From Octopus vulgaris (taxonomy: Eukaryota), in the NCBI GenBank assembly GCA_951406725.2, contig OX597842.1, positions 4,402,001 to 4,466,000 on the forward strand: a stretch of 64,000 nt of DNA, given 5' to 3'. Under the pieces are notes generated by a model that saw nothing but the letters and a program-made list of their open reading frames with translations, was not told where the DNA came from and did not search any database. Position 1 is the stretch's first letter. Each line of letters begins with the position of its first letter. The translations under genes were made by a program, and so were the position numbers. Of this stretch, positions 23,942 to 37,381 are shown one piece after another.

Positions 23942-24240
23942 TGGAGGCATATGGCCTAGTGGTTAGAGCAGCGGACTCGCGGTCGAGGGATCGTGGGTTC
24001 GAATCTCAGACCGGGCGATGTGTGTGTTTATGAGCGAAATACCTAAGCTCCACGTGACTCCGGCAGAAGGTAATGACGAACTTCTGCTGAGTCTTTCGCC
24101 ACAACTTTCTCTCGTTCTTTCATCCTGAATCTTGCAGCTCACCTGCGACGAACCGGCGTCCCGTCCAGATGGGGAACCTATACGCTAAGGAAACTGGGAA
24201 ACCGGCCCTAGTGATCCAGGCATGGCTCGAGAAGGAACAA
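23942..24240 (+). mobile_element. SINE family C2, full length (same head as C1, V-SINE-like segment in tail)
   Basis: ggaggcatatggcctagtggttagagcagcggactcgcggtcgagggatcgtgggttcgaatc; later cctgcgacgaaccggcgtcccgtccag. Confidence 0.85.
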
Positions 24241-24261
24241 AAAAAAATTACATTTGATATA

Positions 24262-24475
24262 AAGGTGTCCGCGCTGGCAGAATCGTTTACACACCGTGCA
24301 AGATGCTTAGCGGCATTTCGTCCGTCTCTACATTCTGAGTTCAAATTCCGCCGAGGCTGACTTTGCCTTTCATCCTTTCGGAATCAATAAAATAACTGCC
24401 AGTTGAGTACTGGGGTTGAGTTAATCGACTTGACCCCGAATTTGCGTGGCTTCTGCCAAAATTTCTGACCAATAT
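24262..24475 (+). mobile_element. SINE family B
   Basis: gctggcagaatcgttt...ctgagttcaaattccgccgagg..gactttgcctttcatcctttcgg. Confidence 0.8.
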
Positions 24476-25673
24476 TTGATAATATATATGTAAGGGCATC
24501 ATTTTTTAAACTCTGATATGATATCACCCTCTTTCGTCGAACCTCTAAGTTACAAGAACGTCAACAAACCAACACTGGCTGTCAGGCAGTGACGGAGACG
24601 ACACACCCCACCCCACACACACACGCGACTGGTTTCCGCCTATCAAATTCATTCAGTCGGATTCTTGCTGTAGGAAAAGACACTTGCCTAAGATGTCACA
24701 TAGTGGGAATGAATCTGAAACAATGTGCTTGGGAGGCGTTTGCATGCATATGAATGTATGTGTGTGTGTGTGTGTGCATGTAGAGAGAGAGAAAAAAGGA
24801 GAGACATGGCTGTGTGGTAAGAAGCTTGTGCTCAAGGTGCCACACAGTGGGACTGAACCCGGAACCATGTGGTTGGGAAGCCACTGTTTCCTATATTGGA
24901 AGCGACAGATTTCCACTTGACATGTGGCTGGTAGCGAGTACACATTATTGACAATACGCAAGAATGCAGAAATGCATCTTAGCGTACTCGGTAACCGCTG
25001 CCATGATATATATATATAATGGTGTTTTTAAACGCCGCACGTCTATAAGACTCGGTCGAAAACCGCAGTAGGATGTCCTTTAACTGTGTGTATACGTTAA
25101 GCATGACCCATAGAGGGATATTACACATGATATATATATATATACACAGGCATATATATACACATACCTTATCCTTTTAAATGACGACGGTTTGGTACTA
25201 TGAAAAAGAATTTCGGTTTCGTTTTTTAGCGGATCGAGTGGCCACACAGAAGCACACTGGTTGACTTCTAATAAAAATAGTATTATGATGATAATGGTGG
25301 TGTGAAGTTGGTGGTGGTGATGGTGATAGTGGTGGCGATGGTTGTTATGATAATGGAGACGATGAGGATTGTGGTGATAATGGTGTTGGTGTTGGTAATA
25401 ATAATAAAGAAGAAGAAGTGGCAGCAATCACAGTAGAAGCAGAGGAAATATTTCGCCAAAAGAATTCCAAGATATTACTGCCAGGAATGTAACGTAAAAA
25501 CGAATTCCAAATAGTCAAGTTCTTTACTGATTCCAAAGCACTCTTGTAATAATGGTCGACGCAGGCGCTCAGAGACGCACACATACTTACATACACGGGT
25601 GCACAAATGAATTGTATTGATGTATATAGGTATGTGTGCGTATGTATGTGTTTGCATATATATGCGCATGTAC

Positions 25674-25725
<52 letters not shown>

Positions 25726-25856
25726 ATGTATGTATATGTATATATATGTATGTATATGTATATATATATGTATATATATGTATATATATATGTATATATA
25801 TATATGTATATATATATATGTATATATATATATAGGTGTGTGTGTATGTATGTGTT

Positions 25857-25894
<38 letters not shown>

Positions 25895-26030
25895 TAGATA
25901 TGCGCGTGTGTGTATGTATGTATATATATAGGAGTGTGTATGTGAGTGTATATATATAATAAAAATTATAACGTATCTTTTATGTATATAGGTGTGTATA
26001 TATATTGTATGTGTTTGCATATATATGTGC

Positions 26031-26071
<41 letters not shown>

Positions 26072-26365
26072 TCATATGGTTGTGTGTATACTTGTATACG
26101 TTTGTATATGTAAGTAAATATATGTCTATGTATTTATGTAGGTGCGTGTACTTCTGTGCATATAATATGCGTATGTATTTGTGTGTGTATGTGTGTGAAA
26201 TTATATATCTATGTAGGTATATATGTGTATGTAGTGTCGTGTATATAAACTCTCACGAAAGCGTATATACACCTCTTTTATATAATTATCTATTTCGAAC
26301 CTTGCAGTGTTTTTATGCAGGGTGTATATTTGTATATATATGTATGAGCATTCAGTGTGCGCGTC

Positions 26366-26404
<39 letters not shown>

Positions 26405-26745
26405 TTGTGTATGTCTGTGTATGGATATTGTGGGGAGGGATGCGCATGCGCTGTGGGAGGGATGTGCATGCGCTATCATGTAAGTGGTACTGTGTGGTTC
26501 AAAGTTGAAGCAAGGTAGTGCTCTACGGATCTTTCGGTAATGGTGTTACCGAGCGGGTGGAGAGGGGGCGTTCTCAGTGGGAGGGACCTGCGTCTTCTAT
26601 GTATAGGGGTATATGTGTATATATTTGTATATGCATATGTATACTCACACACACATACATACATACTCATTAATATACATGTATTTGTACACACACATAT
26701 GTATATGTATAGATATTTGTACATATATATATGCACGTGTATGTG

Positions 26746-26780
<35 letters not shown>

Positions 26781-26974
26781 ATTGTATCCATAATGTACAA
26801 ATGTGTATGTATCTATGTGTATGCGTATGTATATATATATATATATATATATACATACATGGGTATATGGGTGTATATGTATAATGCATATATATATATA
26901 TATATATGCACGAATGTTTATATACATATACGCACACACATATTGTGTGTATATATAGATATATACGCACATAA

Positions 26975-27006
<32 letters not shown>

Positions 27007-27339
27007 GATACACACATAATATATATGTACATTGTGTGTATATGTTATACAAGTGCGTTTGTGTGCGCATGCGCATGCACCTTATATAATTTATTTTAAT
27101 CAAAGACCAGTAATTTCCACGGTAAGGAATTTGACACCCTTGCATTCCTGCCATAGTTTTATGTAAAATATTGCTCCCGTTCTGTAATGGTGCTATTAGT
27201 GTTGCTGTCGTTGTTGCTGTCGTGGCCACAGATTAAAAGCATTCCATCCGTGTCCGTACAGTTTTTATAGCCGGTCGTCGGCGGCGGCGAAGGAGCTTAG
27301 GGAACTGAAGGGTTCATTATCTTTGATCTCTGCATATAT

Positions 27340-27765
27340 GAGACAGTAGGGTGTGTTTATTGAGGGTGATTTGGCTGTAATTTCTAACAGATCTAGTGAT
27401 CATTTAAATGTCTCCCGCATTGCCCTCTCCTCCCCCTCTCTCTCTGTGACACACACACACACATATACATAAAACAGTAGGGTGTGATCTAAGGGCGATT
27501 TGGCTGCTATTTCTTTCAGGTCTCCCTCAAAAGGCTTATACGTGCATTAGACATTAAGGTATTATTTGATGGGGATTTGGCTGCTATTTCTACAAGGTCT
27601 AGCTACCATGCAGTGGTTTCGCTCATTGGCTCAAACGTGAGATAGTAGGGTGTAAGGGATAGTTGGCTGCTATTTCTTTCAGTTTTATCTAACATGTACA
27701 GGTCTCCCTCATTGGCTATATATATATATATAGAGAGAGAGAGAGATAGATAGATAGATAGATAT

Positions 27766-27808
<43 letters not shown>

Positions 27809-27990
27809 CATACAAGAGACAGTAGGGGGTGATTTGAAGGAGATTTGGCTGGTATTTCTACCAGGTCTAGCTACGATGTATAGGTCTCTTACACTGGTCC
27901 GTACATAAGACAGTCGGTTGTGATTTGAGAGAAATTTGGTGAATCAATTAGGGAGACCTACATGATCTAGCTACCGTGAGATCGCCTTTA
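27340..27990 (-). repeat. Tandem array (~6 diverged units) of the central module of family D, interleaved with microsatellites
   Basis: agacagtagggtgtg.tt..gagg..gatttggctgctatttcta.caggtctagc recurs near 27370, 27499, 27576, 27663, 27844 and 27934. Confidence 0.8.
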
Positions 27991-27996
27991 TTGATT

Positions 27997-28040
<44 letters not shown>

Positions 28041-28060
28041 CATCAGGCATTTCTGGGAGA

Positions 28061-28104
<44 letters not shown>

Positions 28105-28708
28105 GAGAGACAGAGAGTGAGAAACGAGCCATTGTACAAAAATGTTATTTTCAGTTGTTAATTACGTAAAGTAAACTATGTGTGTGAAACAAACTATATT
28201 CAGCGTTAAGGGGTGGTTGGTGTGATTGGGCGGGTGGTTAACTTTATGGTTATGACCGCTCTCTCTCGTTCTCGCTCGGTCGTTTTCATGGCATAGTTGT
28301 CCTCAACCGTCCGCCCATTCTTCTACTCCAAACACGGCTTTATTCTGTTATCATACATTTCACTTCACACCCCTTTCTTCCCCCTTGTGACTTCACAATA
28401 TATGTGTGAGTGTAAACATATATATACCATTAATTTTTTTCCACGTCCCGTTCCCTATGTTATGTAGATGTAGCGGTTGTCTACTCCTCATTGCTGAGTC
28501 TGAGCATCTCTTGTACTTACCCCTTAGATGTATCATGGGGTCCGATATGGCTTTTTAAAACAATGTATTGAAAGATACCCACATAGATTGCATACCTGAT
28601 TTGGACCACTAAGAGCTACAGTTGAGTTCTGATCCTTTTGGATCTTAAAATGTCTTTTGAGGCCTCCATTAAATTTGCAGACCTTATGGCATACACGACA
28701 ATGACAGG

Positions 28709-28752
<44 letters not shown>

Positions 28753-28767
28753 ACATATATGTACACG

Positions 28768-29605
28768 CGAGGTGGTATCAAAAGGTTTTCGGACTACTTA
28801 TGTTTAATAAAAAAAAACACATTTACCTAAGTTTTCACATCATCTCCTTCGAAATAGTCCCCGTACGTAGCAATAGACTGCTCCCAGCGTTCCTGCCACC
28901 TTTGTATTCCGTTGTCCAGATCCCTCAGTATCTGGACAACGGTGTTAAAACGGTGACCTCTGAGCTACATTTTTATCTTGTGGGTGGAATAGAAGTCCGC
29001 GGGTGCTAAATCTGGCGAACAGGACGGGTGCGGAAACGATACCGTATTGTTTTTGGCGAGAAACTCACGAGTGAGGAGATCTCGGCGAAGAATCCAATTC
29101 TTGGTGCTTCACAGATCCGGTCGTTTTTGCCGATTCGGTCGCTTCGAAACGCCGCGGTAGAACTCTCGATTGACGGTCTGTCCCTGGGGGACAAATTCTT
29201 GATGCCCAATACCACATTTCCGGGGATGACGCTTGCGGCAAGTCTTCCAGATCGCTCATTGTCTCCCAGGGACGTTCTTCCACTTTTGAAGCACCCCTCT
29301 CGTACAACCCATTATTACCTCGTCGCCGTAAGCTCGCCAAAGCATGATCAATGTCTCGGTAGCAGACTTCCCAAGTTCAACACAGAATTTCACATTGGCT
29401 CTTTGTTCCTGTCCATGACAAAATCACAGACTACTCGTGATCACAAAAACACAAATTTCACAACTTGTGAAGCAAACATAGCGATGTCACCCGGCACACT
29501 CACTGCCTCATGAAGGTCACTGCTAACTCTCACTGCGCTCGAAACTGTGCGGCCATCTGTTGGCGCGCTAGAGAATTAGTCTGGGAACTGTTTGATACCA
29601 CCCTG
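28768..29605 (-). mobile_element. Mariner DNA transposon, internally deleted, with TIRs
   Basis: TIRs cgaggtggtatcaaaaggttttcggact / agtctgggaactgtttgataccaccctg|TA; minus-strand EQRANVKFCVELGKSATETL..AYGDE..FKSGRTSL.D.ERSGR and HPSCSPDLAPADF (YSPDLAP motif). Confidence 0.9.
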
Positions 29606-29723
29606 TATGTAAAGAAAGATGGACTAACAATTACGGATTGCAGGAATTCATATGAGATAATACATTTTTATTACAGGTTGGACATCCATTGTGGGCAGAG
29701 TATGTGTATGTATATATGAATGT

Positions 29724-29787
<64 letters not shown>

Positions 29788-30139
29788 GCAAATACGTACA
29801 TACATACTCAACCTACATATTTCGAAACAGCTGTAAAGATGGATTTCCACCCTGTAATATGAATGTATTATTTCATGCGAAAGAGTTCCTGCAATCTGTA
29901 ATTGTTTGTCCATCTTTCCTTGTGGTGTAAACTATATACAAATATATTTCATACATTTCTACATTGGGTAGAAAAGTTAGATATGTTTCGATCTTAAATG
30001 CATATGCATCTCTATATATCCCGATGTATGTATGACGGCCTGTGTACATGTGTAGTCTCGAAGCAAAACTTATATCGAAATTATGCTATAATGCTAGAAT
30101 GTAGAGGTGGAGGTGGTGAGTATGGGTATGGCGTATTGT

Positions 30140-30301
30140 TTCAGTCATTAGAATGCGGCGGCCATGCCAGGACACCGTCTTAAAGAGTTTTGGGCTTTAA
30201 GTCAAATATTCTATTGGTTATTTTGCCGCACCGCTAAGCTACAGGGAGGTAAACACACAACAGCCGTTAACAAGAGGTGGTGGGAGACAAACAGAATCAC
30301 A

Positions 30302-30361
<60 letters not shown>

Positions 30362-30545
30362 TGTACAAATATACACACACGTTGGGCTTCTTTTAGTTCC
30401 CATGTACCGAATCCTCTCACAAGGCTTCGGTCAGCATGAGGGTATAGTACAAGAAACTTGCCCAAGGTGCCATGCTTTGGGACCGAACCCGGAATTATGT
30501 GATAGAGCAGCATGATTCTTAATACACAAACATGACAGCGCCTGT
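30140..30545 (-). mobile_element. SINE family A with internal (CA)n
   Basis: tttcagtcattagaatgcggc.gccatgc...cttgcccaaggtgccatgc..gggaccgaacccgga. Confidence 0.75.
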
Positions 30546-31219
30546 TTATTACTTTAACGTAGTGTATAAAATATGTAGGTATATATAGGTGTGTATATTT
30601 GTATGCATATAAGATAGAATTATTGATATTATATATGCGTATGTTCCTATGTATGTTTATAGTTAGGTGTATACATTCATGTATTATTTATATATGTATG
30701 TGTGTGTGTATGTATGCATGTATGTATTGTGTGTGTGCGTGTTTTTGTGTCTGTGTATCGGATACGTATTTTTCTGTATACGTATCATATCTATATACCC
30801 GTGTGTGTGTATCTGTTAGGGTATGTACATAAGAATATCTGTATATTTGCTAATGGTGTGTGCGCGAGCGCGTGGTTAGTGTATATGCATGGCACAAGTA
30901 ATTAAAGAGTGGCGCCATACTTCCTACCCGACACCCCTTTCCCCTCCCTGTTTACACCCCACCCTCCTCCAGTATCTCCACCCCCTTTCGCACACTATAT
31001 CACCTCTCCACATCCTCCTCAAATCTCTCCCATGTCTTTCCTCTGCTGCACCCCCCCCATTATCCGTTCCCACATTTACTCACCCTCTCCAACCCGCCTT
31101 CTACCCCCTCCACCCTCTCTTTCTTGTTTCAGTTAAATGAATTCATTATTTTCTTCTAATTAAAAACATAACAATATGGGATGCCAACGACAACATCAAT
31201 AATAATAATCATAATAACA

Positions 31220-31713
31220 ATGGTTTCAAATTTTGTCACAAGTACAGCCATTTTGGGGGGAGGGGATGAGTGGATCAACCCCAGTGCGTAACTGGTACTC
31301 AATTTATCGAGCTCGAAAGGATGAAAGGCTAAGTCGACCTCGGCAGAATTTGAACTCGGAACGAAGCGACGTGCGAAATACCGCCATGCATTTCGTCCAT
31401 CGTGCTGACGATTCTGTCAGCGCGACGCCTTAATAATAATACTAATAATGATTTTAAATTTTACCACACGAGCAGCCATTTTTGGGTGAGGGGATGAGTC
31501 GATTACATCGACCCCAGTGTTTCACTGGTACTTAATTTATCGACTACGAAAGAACGAATGGCAAAGTCGACCTAGACGGAATTTGAACTCAGAACGTAAA
31601 GACAGACGAAATACCTATTTCTTTACTACCCACAGGGGGCTAAACACAGAGGGAACAAACAAGGACAGACAAACGGATTAAGTCGATTATGTCGACCCCA
31701 GTGCGTAACTGGT
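31220..31713 (-). mobile_element. Tandem SINE family B copies and fragments
   Basis: Repeated accccagtgcgtaactggtac...aagtcgacctcggc.gaatttgaactc. Confidence 0.8.
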
Positions 31714-31714
31714 A

Positions 31715-31950
31715 GCCCATGCATACCAGCCTCCCCTCTCCACACCACTGATGTTGTCCAAGAGAAAGGCAAAGGGGCCGATACAGCTTGGCACCAGGGA
31801 TGCCGTAACTCATTTCTACAGCTGAGTGGACTGGAGCAACGTGAAATAAAGTGTCTTGCTCAAGAACACAACACACAGCCCGGTCCGGGATTCGAACTCA
31901 CAACCTCACTATCGTAAGCTCGACGCTCTAACCACTGAGTCATGCACCTT
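31715..31950 (-). mobile_element. tRNA/CORE-type SINE (family E)
   Basis: Reverse complement: aggtgcatgactcagtggttagagcgtcgagcttacgatagtgaggttgtgagttcgaatccc...gtgttcttgagcaagacactttatttcacgttgctccagtccactcagctg. Confidence 0.8.
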
Positions 31951-32511
31951 TCTGCAGAAGTTTATATTAGTGGTTAAATTTGTTGTATAATCCCAGGTCC
32001 AGCGGATCTTTAATTCACACTAAGTCCATCTAGGACTACATTATCTAATGCATTGTAAAGTTACCATCAAATCGACGCCGACTTGTTAGCACGTCACATA
32101 TAAGATGATTTGAAACATTTATCCCGGCTCTTCGTGCGATGTGTTCAAATCCCATCGAAATCCCATTTGCTTCCATACTTTTGGGGCTATTGAAGAATGT
32201 ACAAATACTGTACCCACACATATAATCACTCACACATATTGCGTAACTTTTCGCGCGAAATCATTTACTTGCAATGGTGTACGAAGCAAACTGGCACAGA
32301 ACAATTGTTACTCATAAGAAAATGGTGTTGTGTTCATTCTTCGTCTTTTTACATTATGTTACTCTTCGTAAGAAATCGACACTGCGAGGCACTTGGAGTT
32401 TCTGTAAGAATGGTCTGTGGTTTTTTCTCAAAGCTGCTACATGAGATAGATAGATATGTAGGCAGGTAGACAGACAGACAGACAGACAGATAGATAGATA
32501 GATAGATAGAC

Positions 32512-32565
<54 letters not shown>

Positions 32566-32569
32566 GTAC

Positions 32570-32940
32570 AAACAAGGACAGACAAAGGGATTGAGTCGAT
32601 TATATCGATCCCAGTGCGTAACTGGTACTTTGTTTATCGACCCCGAAATGATGAAAGGCAAAGTCGACCTCGGCGAAATTTGAACTCGGAACGTAAAGAC
32701 AGATGAAATACCTATTTGTTTACTACCTACAAGGGGCTACACACGGAGAGGGCAAACAAGGACAGACAAACGGATTGAGTCGATTATATCGACCCCAGTG
32801 CGTAACTGATACTTTATCGACCCCGAAAGGATGAAAGACAAAGTGGACCTCGGCGGAATTTGAACTCAGAACGTAGCGGCAGACGAAATACTGCTAAGCA
32901 TTTCACCCGGCGTGCTAATCGACTCTGCCAGCTCGCCGCC
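32570..32940 (-). mobile_element. SINE family B with tandemly duplicated central and tail modules
   Basis: acaaacaaggacagacaaa.ggattgagtcgattatatcga.cccagtgcgtaactg...aaagtcgacctcggcg occurs twice; head ends ctgccagctcgccgcc. Confidence 0.85.
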
Positions 32941-33465
32941 TTTATACGTACCTACTTATGTAAGGAGACAGACAGCAAAAAGATTCACTAAAATGCAGAT
33001 AGAAATTTATTGTATATATTGATGACTGTCATGTAGCAATGTAACGTAGTGTCTCGTATCACGTGCCGCGTGATGGTGGGTAGTGACGGCGATGTTTGTG
33101 GGAGCTGGGTGGAAGTAGACAAAGAACGCCACCTGCCAAATTAGATTTTTTATTTTAATTTTTTTTTTTTTGTAATTTCGAATGCTTATCTTAGTTTCGT
33201 CTACCGAAGGTGAAAATTAAAAAAAACATCCAAAAATTAAGATTTCCAAAAAAAAAAAAACCTCATTATCATTAAACCCCCATCAGCACACCATCCTTCC
33301 ACCCCTACCACCACGCATTGTTTTTAGTAATTTCTCGGTGAATTGTCCCTTCCATCCGCCGACCTCCTCGTAATTATAACAATAAACACTACTACACTTG
33401 TTTTCCCCAGCAGCGTTTGTCGCCCTTGTGGCAAATAAGCGCCATTATCAGACTCCTCCTCCTCG

Positions 33466-33467
<2 letters not shown>

Positions 33468-33501
<34 letters not shown>

Positions 33502-33945
33502 GTATTGTTGTTATTATTATCATCATCATCATCATCATCATCATCATTATTATTCTCATTATCATTATCATTATTATTATTATCATTATTATTATTATCA
33601 TTATTCGTATTGTTATTATTATTATTATTATCATCATCATCATTATTATTATTATTATTATCATCATTATTATTATCATTATCATAGTTATCATTATTAT
33701 TATCATCATCATCATCATTATCATTATTATCATCATTATTATTATTATCATCATTATTATCATTATTATTATTATTATTATTATTATCATTATTATCATT
33801 ATTATAATCATCATTATTATTATTATTATCATCATTATTATCATTATTATTATTATTATTATTATTATCATTATTATCATTATTATTATCATCATTATTA
33901 TTATTTTTATTCGTATTATTATTCGTATTATTATTATTATTATTA
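33468..33945. repeat. Long (ATT/ATC)n trinucleotide microsatellite
   Basis: Read directly; source of the poly-N/D, poly-I and poly-Y/H ORFs. Confidence 0.95.
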
Positions 33946-34192
33946 ATTCGTATCATTTGTTTTTAAATTTCTGAATGTATTTCACTTTCCGCTTCGCCAT
34001 TAGTGTCTCGCCATTATCGTTACAAGAATTGCTGGAGTTATTGTCTTCGTTATATTCTTCCCGTTGTTGTTGCTTCTGAGTGTGATTTTAATTGTCTTCT
34101 TCCGTATTGTTGATGTTGTGTGTCGCAGATGTCTACCCAGGTAATTAATCAGGGTGTCTTATATTATACTCAACACGCAAATGTGTATGTGC

Positions 34193-34252
<60 letters not shown>

Positions 34253-35841
34253 GTACACACATACACATATATATACATATATATGTATATGTACACACAT
34301 ACACATATATATACATATATATGTATATGTACACACATACACACATATATATATATATATACATATATATATTTATATACATATATATATATATATATAT
34401 ATCGTTATGCTCGTGTGTGTATATATATAAATTATATATATACACATTCAAATGAATATATGTGTATACATTATACATATATGCTTTTATAAATGTATAC
34501 ACACACACACACACACACACGCGTGTGTGTATGTTTATCTTTCCCTCAAGATATCCTGATGCGATAAAGGGTGCACAAGCGGCAAACAGTGAGTTTCCCT
34601 TTCTCCGTCCCGTCTCCTCTCACCGCCACCTCACCCCACCTGGCACCCGGGAAAAAAGGAGAGACATAGCAATTGAAGTGTATGGGGTCGGTGTGTTGGT
34701 TCAGAGTATTTTGTGGATTTCGGGGTGAGAAAACAGACAAATCCTCGATTTTTGAGTTAGTTTTCCAGGATTGGTTTATTATTTTATTTTTATTTTCGTT
34801 TCACTTCGTTTTTTTTCTTTTTCTTCATATTTTTAATACTTTTTTAAAAAAATATTTCATTTATTTGTTTATTTCTGCCCCTTATTTTGACGTTTTTCTT
34901 ATTACGTAATCTGGCGTTTTTGGATGGTATTTTTGGCGGTGGTGGTGGTGGTGGTTCGTGGAGGCGGCTGATGGTTGGGTAGCTTCGGTTGTTTTGTGTG
35001 GGGACGGAGGAGTGAAAGAAGAGAGAAACTGAGAGAAGTAAAATCGCTGACTGAAATATTTTGTCGGCGGCCATGTTGTCTAGGAAGAAACATTATTTCG
35101 TACGACGTGACACGTTGTTTTTGTTATTATTTTTGTTTCTGTCGTTTTGTTGTTGTTATTGTTACTGGTGGTGGTGATGGTGGTGGTGGTGTGATGGTGA
35201 TGTGTGCAGATGGCGTGGATGTATGTAAATGTTGAGGTGATGAAGATAATTTGAGTAGAAGAAAATTGAAGATGGCTGCTTGGAGGAGATGACGATGATT
35301 GAAGGAGGAGGAGGAGGAGGAGGAAAAAGAAGAAGAAGAAGGGTGGAGAAAAGGAAAAGATGATGTATTGATGATGATGATGTGAAGAAGACGGTGATGA
35401 AGAAAAAGATGAGGACGATGATGGTGAAGACAAGAAGATAATGATGATGAAAAAGAAAAAAAAAATAGAAGAGGAAAGAGGGAAAGGAGGAGGCGAAGAA
35501 TTGGAAGAAAAAGAAGAAAAGTGGGAGGGTGGAGAAGGGGAAAGGAAGATGAACATGATGTGAAGAAGAAAATTCTGATGATGACGATGTAAACAGAAGA
35601 GGAAGAAGAAGAAATAGAAGGAAAAGACGGGGAAAGAGGAGGCGAAGAATTGGAAAATGAAGAAGAAGAGATGGACGAAGAAGTAGCACCGAAGAAGTGG
35701 ATGATTGCACAAGAATGAAGAGAAGAAAACTGAAAGAGAATAATGTTTGAATATGAAAGGTTTGATAAGAGACAGACTTGATTGATTGAATTGGAAGGAA
35801 GATGAGAGGAGGAGGAGGAGGAGGTTGTGAGCAGAAGAAAA

Positions 35842-36600
35842 ATTGAAGGAGATTGAAGAAATAAGGTAGATGAAGAGGAAAAAAGTGGCTGACGATTGAA
35901 TTATTTTGGATGGAAGGAAGAGAGGCGGGGAGATGGAAGATGAGAGGGAGGGAAAAGAAAAAAGGGGGAGAAAGAGAGAGACAAGAATAGAGAGAGGGAG
36001 AAAAGAAGGGGTGTGGAGGGAGAGAATGAGGGGGAGAAAGATGGAAAAAGGACGGAAAGAGGGAGAAAGAAAGAGGTGAAGAGGAGGAGATGTGTGTAGA
36101 CGAAAGATTGAAGGAGATTGAAGAAATAAGGTAGATGAAGAGGAAAAAAGTGGCTGACGATTGAATTATTTTGGATGGGAAGGAAGAGAGGAGGGAGATG
36201 GAAGATGAGAGGGAGGGAAAAGAAAAAAGGGGGAGAAAGAGAGAGACAAGAATAGAGAGAGGGAGAAAAGAAGGGGTGTGGAGGGAGAGAATGAGGGGGA
36301 GAAAGATGGAAAAAGGACGGAAAGAGGGAGAAAGAAAGAGGTGAAGAGAGGAGATGTGTGTAGACGAAAGATTGAAGGAGATTGAAGAAATAAGGGAAAA
36401 AGTGGCTGACGATTGAATTATTTTGGATGAGAAACAGAGAGGGGGCGGGAAGAGAGATGGAAGATGAGAGGGACGGAAAAAGAAAAAGGGGGAGAAAGAG
36501 AGAGACAAGAATGGAGTAAGGGAGAAAGGAAGGGGTGGGAGGGAGAGAATGAGGGAGAGAAAGATGGAAAGGGGGAGAATGAAAAAGGGGAGAAGAAAGA
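35842..36600. repeat. Purine-rich ~264-bp tandem repeat, about 3 copies
   Basis: attgaaggagattgaagaaataagg...aaaagtggctgacgattgaattattttggatg starts near 35842, 36107 and 36371. Confidence 0.9.
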
Positions 36601-37329
36601 GACAGGAATGAAGAGGGGAAGAAATGAAGAGAGGGGAAGAGGTGAGGAGGAAGAGGAGAGAGAGCGCGGGGGAAAGGAATTTGCGAAGGAGAAGGGGAGA
36701 GCACGGAAAGAGATAGGGAGACAGAAAAGGCGAAAGAGAAAAACAAGGAGACAGAGAGAGAAAAAGGGTAAAATGATAATAAAAGTTACCAAAAGAGAGG
36801 AGACGAAATAGGAGAGAGAGAGAGAGAGAGAGAAGAAGAAGAAGAAGAAGAAGAAGAAGAAGAAGAAGAAGAAGAAGAAGAAGGCGGGGAAGCGAAAGCA
36901 AAGGAGAAAGAAATAAATTGAGAGGAATGTCATTCCTAAACTGAAATAAATGGAGTGTCGGCGGCCATGTTGTCTAAGGTGAACTCTTCCTTTCTACGAC
37001 GCTATGCTGTTGTTGATGATGTTGTTACAGTTTCATTTCAAGGTGATGGTGGTGGTGGTGGTGGAGATGTAGTGATGTTGTTGGTTTAGGGAGGTGGGGG
37101 GAAATGGAAACAGTGAGAACCCAATGATGTAGACTGATGGTGATATCGATGATGATGAAGTCCATGATAGTGATGAGGACAGTGGTGGTGACGATGGTGT
37201 TATTGTTATTATTCCGACGACGGCGATGACAAAGATGACGACGGCGATGACGGCGAAGATAATTACAGCAAAAGAAAGTTGGTGATTGAAGATGCTAGTG
37301 ATTGAAAAAAAAAATGATTGAATAACACA

Positions 37330-37381
<52 letters not shown>

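Noticed and set aside
23942-24015. Possible tRNA-Arg gene
   Set aside because: Head of a multi-copy SINE; the acceptor stem does not pair and the SINE body follows
28510-28560. Strong minus-strand donor gggtaagta
   Set aside because: It overlaps what looks like a piggyBac-type terminal remnant, and I found no convincing upstream acceptor or coding frame
29028-29513. 161-aa plus-strand ORF
   Set aside because: Antisense shadow of the mariner remnant
33000-33140. Possible minus-strand terminal exon (ggcag|GTGGCG...AATAAA)
   Set aside because: The upstream tract is A-rich rather than pyrimidine-rich and no frame gives a recognisable protein
33324-33974. Poly-N/D, poly-I and poly-Y/H ORFs
   Set aside because: Artefacts of the (ATT/ATC)n microsatellite; the same applies to all YI/CV/HT-rich ORFs in the track
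34844-35074. Small ORF MAADKIFQSAILLLSVSLFF with a signal-peptide-like start
   Set aside because: The remainder is low complexity, and the duplicated motif at 36956 gives a different downstream peptide; not supportable as a CDS
35162-36901. 579-aa minus-strand ORF
   Set aside because: Low-complexity L/S/F/P translation of a polypurine tandem repeat with no domain
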